From sequence record SRR31156797_916: a stretch of DNA of 64,000 nt. One strand, written 5' to 3'. The notes beneath the pieces are model-generated. The model had not been told where the DNA came from. It was given only the letters and a program-made list of their open reading frames with translations, and did not search any database. This document shows, piece by piece, positions 41,584 to 50,579 of the stretch (positions are counted from its first letter, which is position 1; each line of letters begins with the position of its first letter). A program made the position numbers and the translations under genes.

Positions 41584-42831
41584 ATGAATATTCGGAATGC
41601 ATTGGTCCTGTTTTTTTTAATCTGGATGTTTTCGTGTAAAACTACCAACGAAACCACCTATACCAACCTGGCCACTACCTATGATCCAAATGCTAAACTG
41701 AAAATTGAAGGTTGCCGGATTTTTCATGAAAACGACAGTATTTCAAGGGTGTACCTGAGTTACAAAACATCGGCATTAAAGTATATTCAGCCACCCGGGA
41801 AGGACAATTTTCGTTCGAACTACAGTTTTACTTACCAGCTTTTTAAGTCATACGAGGGCAATGCGGTACTCGACGAAAATACCTACGTAATTTCAGACAG
41901 CTTGTTTTATAAAGACCCGGTTACGCTAAAGCTGGATTTTCCTGTGAAAGCTGAATCACCCGGGAAGTACCTGCTTGAGATAGCTTTTAAAGACCTGAAC
42001 GCAGACACTTACTTTTTGCAACCTGAAATTTTGGATAAGCGAAATCGTAACCTGGCTCAGAATTTTCTGCCACTTGACGAAGATGGCGAGGTGTTGCTCA
42101 ATGATTGGATATCGTGGAAAGATAAATTTACCATCAAATGCCGGGATCATAATTTAAGCGAGTTGTTTGTGAATCATTACCAATTTGATTTTCCCGCTGC
42201 TGCACCTCCTTTTTCACAGGCCAGGCCACAGGTTTATCAAAATACACCTGAGAGCAATTTTACGGTAAAAGTGGCGGGTGGCGTTACAGAAGTCATGCAA
42301 TTTGCTGGAGAAGGCTACTATTATTTTCGTGCTGATACAATGGCAAATACCGGGATTACCCTCTTCAGGTTTCATGATTATTACCCAGAGGTGCGCAAAC
42401 CTGAACAGATGTCTGCACCCTTGCGATACCTCACGTCTAATAAAGAGTTTAAGAAGCTGCTAAATTCCCGGAATATCAGGCAGTCTGTTGATAGTTTTTG
42501 GGTAGAGATAGCCGGAAATGAAGGGCGGGCAGAGGATTTAATTGAAAAATATTATGCCCGTGTAGAAGATGTAAACCGGTTCTTTACCTCTCACAAGGAA
42601 GGATGGAAAACCGACCGGGGTATGATCTATATTATTTATGGTGAGCCTGCAAGTGTTTACCGGCGTTCGGATATTGAAACATGGATTTACGGTGAGCAGG
42701 GCAACAGGGTGTATCTGACCTTTGATTTTATACGCGCTATTAACCCTTTTACAGATCAGGACTACGAACTACAAAGAGACCCGGAATATAAGGCCCAGTG
42801 GTACAATGCCATTCTGTTTTGGCGGCGATAG
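41584..42831 (+). CDS. GWxTD domain lipoprotein
   Basis: Lipobox MFSC; GWKTDRGMIYIIYGEP. Confidence 0.9.
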   Translation: MNIRNALVLFFLIWMFSCKTTNETTYTNLATTYDPNAKLKIEGCRIFHENDSISRVYLSYKTSALKYIQPPGKDNFRSNYSFTYQLFKSYEGNAVLDENTYVISDSLFYKDPVTLKLDFPVKAESPGKYLLEIAFKDLNADTYFLQPEILDKRNRNLAQNFLPLDEDGEVLLNDWISWKDKFTIKCRDHNLSELFVNHYQFDFPAAAPPFSQARPQVYQNTPESNFTVKVAGGVTEVMQFAGEGYYYFRADTMANTGITLFRFHDYYPEVRKPEQMSAPLRYLTSNKEFKKLLNSRNIRQSVDSFWVEIAGNEGRAEDLIEKYYARVEDVNRFFTSHKEGWKTDRGMIYIIYGEPASVYRRSDIETWIYGEQGNRVYLTFDFIRAINPFTDQDYELQRDPEYKAQWYNAILFWRR

Positions 42832-42885
42832 AACAAAGCACGAAACCCCGGAACTTAGTGCTTTTCTGTAAATTTCAATTTTATT

Positions 42886-43602
42886 CTATCTTTTCTTTAC
42901 CGATCCAGCTCCACTTACGTTACTGTCAACATTCGGATCGCCCATATACCTGACCGATGATGCTCCGCTTGCACGTATCCTGAGTGATTTCGTTGCATGC
43001 AGCCTGGCTTCGGAAGCTCCACTTGCCCGCAGTTCAATTTCTTCAGCAACCAGGTCATATGCATCAATTTCTGACGCGCCGGAAACTTCAAATTCACATT
43101 CACGCACTTTACCTGCGAGGTCGATTTCTGATGCACCTGAATAATCGCATAGCAGCACATCAGCCGTTAGGTCCAGGTCAATTTCTGAAGCTCCGCTGGC
43201 TTCAATTTTTAAATTGGAAAATGAAAGTTCATTGGTGCATTCGAGATTACACGCTCCTGAAATATCCAATTCGTCTATATCCTTAAAACTAATAAACAGG
43301 TTTAATGCTTTTGAATTCCTGATATTTTCTTCGGTTGTAATGCGCAATGTTTGGCCATTTACACTGGTTCTGATAATTGGGAGTAGGTTTTCATCGGCTT
43401 CAATTATGAGTGACTCAGTGTTTCCCTGTGTAAGGATTACATTAAAGGCCCCTCCTACATCTATGGCACTGAAAGCGCTGATTTCGCGGTTTTCTTTGAT
43501 TACATTTCCGTTGCCGTCAATGCCACCAATAAACATGCACCCTGAAGATGTAAGTGTTGTGAATACCAGGAATAATACTGTAATTGAGGTTAATGATTTC
43601 AT
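42886..43602 (-). CDS. DUF2807 (head GIN domain) lipoprotein
   Basis: GNGNVIKENR, ADENL, repeated SGAS beta-solenoid units, YMGDP. Confidence 0.85.
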   Translation of the reverse strand: MKSLTSITVLFLVFTTLTSSGCMFIGGIDGNGNVIKENREISAFSAIDVGGAFNVILTQGNTESLIIEADENLLPIIRTSVNGQTLRITTEENIRNSKALNLFISFKDIDELDISGACNLECTNELSFSNLKIEASGASEIDLDLTADVLLCDYSGASEIDLAGKVRECEFEVSGASEIDAYDLVAEEIELRASGASEARLHATKSLRIRASGASSVRYMGDPNVDSNVSGAGSVKKR

Positions 43603-43636
43603 ATGAATTTGCAATTAAATTATTGAATTTTAAATT

Positions 43637-44482
43637 TTATCTGTGATAAACATCTCCCGATCCTGAACTTGAAACATCAACACTGGTTGGATTTCCTTTG
43701 TAGGTCAGATCGCCTGAACCACGTAATTTTACTTTTAGATTTCCGGAGACAGAAACCACCATATCGCCTGATCCGTTTCCAGTGGCTGAAACATCCTGGG
43801 CATCAAGTCCGTAAAGGTTTACATCACCCGAAGCAGATTGTATAATTTCAACTTCGCTGGCACTACCGTCCAATTCAACATCTCCGGAACCCATTATCCT
43901 GATTTCGCAATAATCCAGTTGCATATCTTCTCCGTCAAAAGATCCTGAACCATTAACTTTTAGAGAAAAGTTACCTTTTACACCGGTAAGTTCAACGTCT
44001 CCGGATCCATTGATAGAGCAATTCACATTTTTTACATCCAGGTCCAGTTCAATATTCCCTGATCCATTGATATGAACTTCAAGGCCTATGGCTGAAATTT
44101 TGTTTTCTGATTCCACATCTCCTGATCCGTTCACCCTGATTTCATGCAGGTTTTTTACGGTAACATAAATATCAAGCCTAGTGGTTCTTGAAATGCTGCC
44201 GTCAATATCAATTTTCAATTTATCGCCTGATACTTCGGTTTCGATTTGCTCCATGAGGTTTTCATCAGCTTTAACCACAACTTTGGTTGAGGTCCCCTGG
44301 ATAATGAAAAGGTCAGCAGAACAATTCAGGCTGATTTCTGAAAAATCACCAACCTTCCGTTCCTGGCTAATTACATTTCCATTGCCCCTGGTGCCGCGGC
44401 CCCACTGTGCAAATGCGGTATCAGCAATTAATAATAGTATTACAGCTGCTGAAAGGCTCAACAATAATTTCAAATTTTTCAT
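43637..44482 (-). CDS. DUF2807 (head GIN domain) protein
   Basis: GNGNVISQER, ADENL, repeated NGSG units, YKGNP. Confidence 0.85.
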   Translation of the reverse strand: MKNLKLLLSLSAAVILLLIADTAFAQWGRGTRGNGNVISQERKVGDFSEISLNCSADLFIIQGTSTKVVVKADENLMEQIETEVSGDKLKIDIDGSISRTTRLDIYVTVKNLHEIRVNGSGDVESENKISAIGLEVHINGSGNIELDLDVKNVNCSINGSGDVELTGVKGNFSLKVNGSGSFDGEDMQLDYCEIRIMGSGDVELDGSASEVEIIQSASGDVNLYGLDAQDVSATGNGSGDMVVSVSGNLKVKLRGSGDLTYKGNPTSVDVSSSGSGDVYHR

Positions 44483-44503
44483 CACAATAATATTAGTTAG
44501 TTT

Positions 44504-44529
44504 GAATTGACTTTTTTGATCAGGTTACA
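44504..44529 (-). promoter_or_regulatory. Putative internal ECF-sigma promoter
   Basis: TGTAAC-N18-TC on the minus strand, same spacing as the motif upstream of the sigma gene. Confidence 0.5.
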
Positions 44530-44533
44530 AAGA

Positions 44534-45589
44534 TTACATGTCGATGGATACATTTCCAAACGAACTTTCGATGCTTACAGTCGAATTAGAAGAACCATTG
44601 CCGATTTTTCCTCTGTAATATTTTTCATTGTTCTCAACAATGCGCTCTGAAAATGTCGCTGCATTTCCAGGGTAATCCAGGTCGCAAAATTCCATATCGG
44701 CTTCCAGGTTAAACGAAGCTCCATCCATAAATTCAAGAACTACCGATCCAAAACTGTTTTCGACACTAATTTCTGAAAAATCAGCGGCAATTTCCCTTGC
44801 TTTAAGACTACCATATTCTGTATCGGCAATCATCATTCTGCCCAGCCTGTTAATTTTAAACTCCGAAAATTTTGAGGAAAGCTCAATGCTTCCAACTTCG
44901 CCAATGGTAACATTGCCACCTTCGTTATCAATTTCGAGCACATCAAGCTTTGAGACTGTAACGGTTGAATAATCAGATTCGATGTTCAACTCAATGGCTT
45001 CATCAACGGTAAGGGTTGAGTAGGAGATTTCCAGGTCGCCACGACTCAGAAAATCAATTTTTGCCTCGCCAAAGCTAACTTCAATTTCGTTTGCTTCTGA
45101 TGTAAGTGCTTTAATTTCAACCGATCCGTATTGGATGGTGATGTTCGATTCACCTTCGGCTTTTTCGAAATAGGCGTTGCCAAACTGGTGATCAATGTCC
45201 AGCTTTACACTTTCCGGCATCATGATTTCGATGTCGATGGTAAGCCCCCTTTTACCATCACTAAATATCTTTTCGTTAAAATCACTCTCAACTGACACGC
45301 CATTCCGGTTGCCTTCCACCTTAATCTTTATTTTATCCAGAAGTTTGTTGGCTTTTTCAACGCTTTTAGCATCAACGGATGCAGTTACTTTCACAGAAAT
45401 GGCATTCTGGTTCCAGTTCTTACATTTTATATCGCCAAACTTGTGTTCTACAGAAAGTGTAGCATTTTTTGAGACGTCAAATTTTTCCTGTGCCAGTGTG
45501 CGTTCTACCTCATCGGCTTTTGCGATGCTTATTTGCAAAAGCAACACCGACATTAAAACGATTCCTAATATACTTTTATAATTTTTCAT
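44534..45589 (-). CDS. Secreted beta-solenoid protein (DUF4097/adhesin-like)
   Basis: Signal peptide; HKFGDI, HQFGNA, QYGSV, SFGE, SSFGNV repeats; ECF operon context. Confidence 0.65.
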   Translation of the reverse strand: MKNYKSILGIVLMSVLLLQISIAKADEVERTLAQEKFDVSKNATLSVEHKFGDIKCKNWNQNAISVKVTASVDAKSVEKANKLLDKIKIKVEGNRNGVSVESDFNEKIFSDGKRGLTIDIEIMMPESVKLDIDHQFGNAYFEKAEGESNITIQYGSVEIKALTSEANEIEVSFGEAKIDFLSRGDLEISYSTLTVDEAIELNIESDYSTVTVSKLDVLEIDNEGGNVTIGEVGSIELSSKFSEFKINRLGRMMIADTEYGSLKAREIAADFSEISVENSFGSVVLEFMDGASFNLEADMEFCDLDYPGNAATFSERIVENNEKYYRGKIGNGSSNSTVSIESSFGNVSIDM

Positions 45590-45601
45590 ATTCTTTCAGG
45601 G

Positions 45602-46186
45602 TTATGGATTTGTATTCAATTTAAAGTTTGGGTCCACGATACCAGTGTGTGCATTGGCTTCGTCAACCTGTTTGATGATGTTATCCATGATTTCAGCCTT
45701 TTTGCGTTTGTTGTTGATTATGGCGGCTTTCAGCCTTTGGTTATCAGGATATTTCGCGTATTCCTTTTCGATTGCTGCCAGGCTTGCATCAAGTTCATTA
45801 AGTTGTTTTTGCGCAAACTGCCTGATTCGATTAGCTTCTGTACTGTCCTTTGCCACCTGATCAATCTGATCTATCTTCTGTGCTGAAATGGCGTCGTAAT
45901 AGGCAAAAACATTTTCAAGTTCAGGGCCAAAGCTAATTTCGGTTACCTGGCTCATTACCGAATTATTAAAACTGTTGATTGATATAAACCGGAAGGCAAA
46001 ATAGCCCGATACGAGGATGATAATTACAGCAGCAAATTTTAAAATGTTGGGCCATTTGTCTTCTTTGATTTGCTTCTGTTTTACGTCGCCAAGTCGCTCA
46101 ACAAAACGATTTTTGTGACCTTCCGGTAATGGCTGGTCATCAAAAAAATCTTTGTTTTCTTCTATTTTCTTATCAAGAAACGACAT
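45602..46186 (-). CDS. Probable anti-sigma factor
   Basis: LPEGHKNRF...KFAAVIIIL single TM, helical C-terminus; directly downstream of the ECF sigma. Confidence 0.7.
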   Translation of the reverse strand: MSFLDKKIEENKDFFDDQPLPEGHKNRFVERLGDVKQKQIKEDKWPNILKFAAVIIILVSGYFAFRFISINSFNNSVMSQVTEISFGPELENVFAYYDAISAQKIDQIDQVAKDSTEANRIRQFAQKQLNELDASLAAIEKEYAKYPDNQRLKAAIINNKRKKAEIMDNIIKQVDEANAHTGIVDPNFKLNTNP

Positions 46187-46232
46187 GACATTTAAATTTA
46201 ATGGTAGTTTGTATTAATATTGGATTTATTAT

Positions 46233-46808
46233 TTACTTCCGGTCATTCATTATTATTCCAAGCAATTTCTGTTTAGCTCTGGAAAACCTGGTTCTCACAT
46301 TGCCGTTCGTTGTTTCGAGTATGCCGGCAATTTCCTCATGGTCGTAACCTTCAATCAGGTTAAGTGAAATAACGATCCTGTAATTTTCAGGCAATTTTTT
46401 AATGGCATTTCTGATTTCCTCCAACCTGCAAAAAACATTTTCCGAGTAAACTTTTTCGGAGTCGCTTTCATCAGGAACATCAGTTTTATCAGTATCAAGA
46501 CTCGTTGTTTGCTTTTTGCTTCGCAGGTGATTAATGGATTTGTTAATCACAATTCTTTTCAACCAGGAGCCAAATGAACCTTCACCTTTAAAAAACTGGA
46601 TTTTTTCAAACGCTTCAATGAACGATTCCTGCATGATATCTTCCGCTTCGGCTGTGTTGTCGACTATTCGATAACTTGTGTTGTACATGGCATGGCTGTA
46701 GAGATCGTAAATTTCCTCCTGAGCATGCCTGTCGTTTATCCTGCATGCATCAATTAATTCAGCATGCTCTATTTTATCAGCCGTATCGAATTTCATCATG
46801 ATTTTCAC
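46233..46808 (-). CDS. ECF (sigma-70 group 4) RNA polymerase sigma factor
   Basis: AEDIMQESF, FGSWLKRIVIN, LPENYR...EGYDHEEIA; start may be ATG 46799. Confidence 0.95.
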   Translation of the reverse strand: MKIMMKFDTADKIEHAELIDACRINDRHAQEEIYDLYSHAMYNTSYRIVDNTAEAEDIMQESFIEAFEKIQFFKGEGSFGSWLKRIVINKSINHLRSKKQTTSLDTDKTDVPDESDSEKVYSENVFCRLEEIRNAIKKLPENYRIVISLNLIEGYDHEEIAGILETTNGNVRTRFSRAKQKLLGIIMNDRK

Positions 46809-46814
46809 TTAAGT

Positions 46815-46840
46815 GACACATACAAATTTAATATGTTACA
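46815..46840 (-). promoter_or_regulatory. Putative autoregulatory ECF promoter
   Basis: TGTAAC-ATATTAAATTTGTATGTG-TC immediately upstream of the sigma start codon. Confidence 0.55.
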
Positions 46841-47068
46841 GTTTGGGTAATTTTTTTCTTTCAGTCATGATAACCGCGTAAATATATCAAACTTTTGCCA
46901 GTGCATCAGGCTGCTTCTCCCGATTGGCTATTGTTGCGGTGCGATTGATTTAAAAATCGATAAATTCTTCCGGTTGGAGTGGGGAATTTGGGAAATGAAG
47001 AATGGTCATGACAACCAAACTGTATCTCAACAGCAATGGGTGTAACGATAAACGTATTTCCGGGGTAT

Positions 47069-47108
47069 AAAAACAAAACGGGAACCTAATCTTGCGACTA
47101 AGTTCCCG
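47069..47108 (-). terminator. Intrinsic terminator closing the candidate ncRNA
   Basis: Minus strand CGGGAACTTAGTC-GCAA-GATTAGGTTCCCG followed by TTTTGTTTTT. Confidence 0.85.
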
Positions 47109-47652
47109 CTCACTTCCGGGTCACCGTGATGGCCCTTCAGTGCCAAGTTACAGTTATTGTGGTTGTTCGTTTCGGGCATCCCTTGCGGGGTACTTTTTTC
47201 GAACGAGACCTGAATCCTTTTCCTGTTTCCAGGTCAATTTTTCAGTTCCCAGCTTGTCAAGCGAACTTTCAACTATTGTGGTTCCGTAAAACCTATGTTG
47301 ATCGTCCAAATACCGATTCAGCGTCTTGCGGTGCTGCAGGGCTTACCTTGCGGCGAGGCCTTTTCGATATCCTGGTTCCTTGCAATCGTCTTTAGCATCA
47401 TTCACACGGGGTGAATTTTGTTAAAGCCGTCCCTGATAAAAACTTCCTTGCGGAGGTTCCGGTTTTGAAGCCGGGCCTGCAATCCGAAGATTGCCGGATT
47501 ATCAGAGCAATGTTTCAAAGAACTGGCGAACTTTCCGGACGACAGCCTAATGTCCTTCCTTTCGGTCCTCCCCGGGGCTTCCGGATTTGTTGTTGCCAAC
47601 CAATCCTTTCCTCCCGCTGGCTTTCCAAGCTAACCTTTTATCTCTCGCTTGG
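47070..47652 (-). ncRNA. Candidate large (~580 nt) highly structured non-coding RNA of unrecognised family
   Basis: No credible ORF; own promoter and terminator; six GCAA-capped, further GAAA-capped and one cUUCGg-capped hairpin plus nested multi-way junctions, all reading on the minus strand. Confidence 0.75.
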
Positions 47653-47657
47653 TGAAG

Positions 47658-47689
47658 CAAATATATGTGTATCACAGTGCGGAAAGCAA
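47658..47689 (-). promoter_or_regulatory. Sigma70 promoter of the candidate ncRNA
   Basis: TTG-N21-TATATTTG (-33/-7 Bacteroidota consensus); -7 element at 47658-47665. Confidence 0.7.
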
Positions 47690-47814
47690 GCTTTTTGTTG
47701 ATTCGTAATTCACATGTTATCAAGAATGATTATAAACAATTGTTGATAACTTCTGAAGGGGTTTGAGCTGTTAGCCTGGGGCGTGATAAAACGGATTTTT
47801 GAAATAACAAATTG

Positions 47815-48996
47815 TTAATAACCCTCCATAAGTGTTTCAAGGTGGTGATATTCAATGCCAAATCTTTTCTTTATTTCCGTGATTCTGGACGAATAAGTAT
47901 CCTTATCAACATTTCGTCCTGATTTGGTGGCTACAATCATTACATTTTTTGGCGTATGTTCAGTGGAAATAAACTCGATGGTTTTGATTTTGTAACCATA
48001 TTTCTCGAGGATAAGGCCCCTGATCCCGTCAGTTAGCAACTCTGCCTGTCGCTCAAGATAGATTCCATGTTTTAATATGTATTTCAAATCTGCTGTTGGA
48101 GTCATGGCTTTACGCACCTGTTTGTGGCAGCAGGGTGCAACGATAATATATTTTGCTCTGGCGCTGATTCCCTTAAAAATGGCATCATCTGTTGCCGTAT
48201 CGCAGGCGTGAAGCGCAATCAGCATGTCAATAACAGGTAATTTAAAATCTTTGATATTGCTTTTAACAAATTCAATTCCCTCAAATCGGCTGTTCTTCGA
48301 AATTGTGTTGCACTTATCAACAAGGTCATTCCGTATCTCTACCCCTTTAATGTGCACCTGGTATTTCTGGTTGTTGGAAAGGTAATCATACAAAGCAAAG
48401 GTTAAATATCCTTTTCCTGAACCCATGTCCACAACTGAGAACTCTTTTTTCGGAGGTTGGCGGGGTATGGTATTGTTTATTATTTCGATGAACTTGTTTA
48501 TCTGCCTGAACTTGCTGTTCATTGATGGTAACACTTTGAAATCCTGATCGGTTATCTCAAGTTCCTGCAGATATTTCTTGCCGTCCGGGTTGATCAGCCG
48601 TTGCTTTACACGGTCGTGTGAAACCGGTTTCAGCATTGGCTCAGATGGACACATGGTCTTTAATCTACTGTTCCCTTTTTTGTTGATCATAAGTTGGTAG
48701 TCGTGGTCGGTACAAAACAAGTTGGCCTGCAAAAACTGACTCCCTGTTAACGAGGCTAATATTTCCAATCCTTCGGAGGGGGCGTAATTTTTGGTAATGT
48801 CGTTGGTTTTGTTCCTGAAAATGCATGAAAGGAGATCATTTCCACCAATAACTAAAGGCCTGGCAAAAACGTTTCGCAATTCGGAATTTTTTGAAATCGC
48901 TTTTCCGAGCGTACATTTAACAAAAGTTTTTGCTAAAACACTTGTCTTGAAAATTTCGAAAAACCTTTGGGTATCCTGTGAAACTGCTTTTTCCAT
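47815..48996 (-). CDS. Class I SAM-dependent methyltransferase (Methyltransf_32-like)
   Basis: KFRQINKF, VDMGSGKGYLTF, ALHACDTATD, APCCH, EHTPKN. Confidence 0.88.
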   Translation of the reverse strand: MEKAVSQDTQRFFEIFKTSVLAKTFVKCTLGKAISKNSELRNVFARPLVIGGNDLLSCIFRNKTNDITKNYAPSEGLEILASLTGSQFLQANLFCTDHDYQLMINKKGNSRLKTMCPSEPMLKPVSHDRVKQRLINPDGKKYLQELEITDQDFKVLPSMNSKFRQINKFIEIINNTIPRQPPKKEFSVVDMGSGKGYLTFALYDYLSNNQKYQVHIKGVEIRNDLVDKCNTISKNSRFEGIEFVKSNIKDFKLPVIDMLIALHACDTATDDAIFKGISARAKYIIVAPCCHKQVRKAMTPTADLKYILKHGIYLERQAELLTDGIRGLILEKYGYKIKTIEFISTEHTPKNVMIVATKSGRNVDKDTYSSRITEIKKRFGIEYHHLETLMEGY

Positions 48997-49061
48997 AGAT
49001 CAGGCTGCAAAAGTAACCATTAATCAATTCCATTAAATTTGCATTCATGTAACATCAGAGT

Positions 49062-50534
49062 ATGAAAACCAACGGCCTTTACATTATTATAACTGTTTTG
49101 GTATTGCTTCATTTACCATTCCTTAATTCAGATCCTGATAAACAGGTTGACCTCCACACTCGTGGTGCCTGGACGGATGAGGGTTTGTATGCATCACAGG
49201 TAAGGAATTTCCTGAATTACGGAAATCCGGATATTGAAGAAAACACAACATTCATTCGTGGGCCTCTGTATGATTTAATTCGGCTCCCGTTTTTTTGGAT
49301 TTTTGGCCAGTCCCTGCGGGTTGCAAGGCTGTTAACACTGGCCGGTGTTGCACTTTCACTGATTTTGCTAACAAGAACAGGGGAATACAGGCTGATGGGT
49401 TTGTTTATCATCATACTGGGGTTTTTACAATTCCGGCTTTTTCATTTTTCTCATTATGCCATGTCTGAAATGCTTGCGGTTTCGGCGGTTATTATCAGTT
49501 TTGTGTGTTTAGATGATTATATCAGGAAAGGAAAGCGCAGGTTTCTCTTTTTTGCTACACTGCTGATTGCCATTGCCTGGGGTTTGAAGATCCAGTTTTT
49601 ATATTTATTACTGCTGATTCCCGGAGTAACTGTTTTATGGTATCTTTTTGGAATTTATCAAGGTAATTGTTCCCCAGGAAAATTTTTAACCGAATCACTT
49701 TTTGCAATCTTTTTCACCCTCATTTTTCCGGTAATCTATCTAATTGCCTGGTATTTTCCCAACAGGAATTTTTATAATCAGGTCATGTTTGAACAGACCA
49801 CAAGGAGGTTTGAGTTTTGGTCAACGCTTCATCACACGGTTGAGTTTAATTTTTCAGGAATGATAACCGACTCTCAAAACCTGATTCTGTTGGCAGGGCT
49901 TGTTATTGCCATTATAATTATTATCCGTTCCATGGGAAAAGGCACGGTTAAATTGGCTAACCCTATGGCAATCGTTTTTGGAGGAGTATGGTTATTTATC
50001 GAGTTGCACAAATTGGGTATGACCTATCTCCCGCAACGTTATCTCTTGAGTGTTTACGCTGCTGTGGCATTTTTTTCGGGTGCTGTTTTATCCCAGGTAT
50101 TTTGGCAACGGAAGGTAATCAGGTTTTTTCTCACATTATTTTTAATCGTTGCAATAGGGGTAAATGGCTTTTCGGTTTATCAATCTTACCTCAGGCGAAC
50201 TTTTGAGTTACAAGAAATCAATGAATATGTACAAAAATTCAACTGGCAGGGAAAGACCATAGCCGGAGTGTGGGCACCAGGAATAAGTTGGGGTACCAAT
50301 GCAAAGACAATTCCTGTTTGGAAGGGTTACCACAATCCGGTTACTTTTTTTGGGAAATATAATCCGGAATTGATTGTTGAAGAACCCAATGAGGGAACAT
50401 CCGAGTCCTTTTATAGTGACAGTGGTTTCGATTTGGTGGAGATGTCGGATTCTGTAAGGACATTTAAACTTTGGCGGTACGATGTAAACTTGTACTGGTT
50501 GGCACATCCGCCTGAAATTTTTCCTGAAAAATAA
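49062..50534 (+). CDS. ArnT/PMT-like (GT-C, GT39-like) membrane glycosyltransferase
   Basis: N-terminal WTDEGLY, RGPLY, many TMs, QRY motif. Confidence 0.65.
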   Translation: MKTNGLYIIITVLVLLHLPFLNSDPDKQVDLHTRGAWTDEGLYASQVRNFLNYGNPDIEENTTFIRGPLYDLIRLPFFWIFGQSLRVARLLTLAGVALSLILLTRTGEYRLMGLFIIILGFLQFRLFHFSHYAMSEMLAVSAVIISFVCLDDYIRKGKRRFLFFATLLIAIAWGLKIQFLYLLLLIPGVTVLWYLFGIYQGNCSPGKFLTESLFAIFFTLIFPVIYLIAWYFPNRNFYNQVMFEQTTRRFEFWSTLHHTVEFNFSGMITDSQNLILLAGLVIAIIIIIRSMGKGTVKLANPMAIVFGGVWLFIELHKLGMTYLPQRYLLSVYAAVAFFSGAVLSQVFWQRKVIRFFLTLFLIVAIGVNGFSVYQSYLRRTFELQEINEYVQKFNWQGKTIAGVWAPGISWGTNAKTIPVWKGYHNPVTFFGKYNPELIVEEPNEGTSESFYSDSGFDLVEMSDSVRTFKLWRYDVNLYWLAHPPEIFPEK

Positions 50535-50579
50535 CTCAGCATCTTTAGTACTTTTACCAAAAATTTAAAAATTATTGAT

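Noticed and set aside
43214-45581. Long antisense ORFs over the DUF2807/DUF4097-like genes (similar ones over rho, spt, yfhO)
   Set aside because: Shadow ORFs caused by codon bias of well-supported genes on the opposite strand.
47595-47620. GGGAGGAAAG on the minus strand resembling the RNase P RNA 5' signature
   Set aside because: It continues GATTG rather than TCC, and I found no 3' ACAGAAnnCGGCTTA partner, so it is not called rnpB (Rfam search needed to be final).
47070-47652. tmRNA, group II intron, rRNA fragment or CRISPR identity for the structured region
   Set aside because: No tRNA-like acceptor/T-arm with CCA, no domain V motif or RT ORF, no rRNA universal sequences recognised and no regularly spaced direct repeats.
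47092-47701. Short ORFs 47092..47289, 47126..47395, 47402..47599 and 47411..47701
   Set aside because: Mutually overlapping, no recognisable motifs or signal peptides; better explained as chance ORFs in a GC-richer structured RNA.
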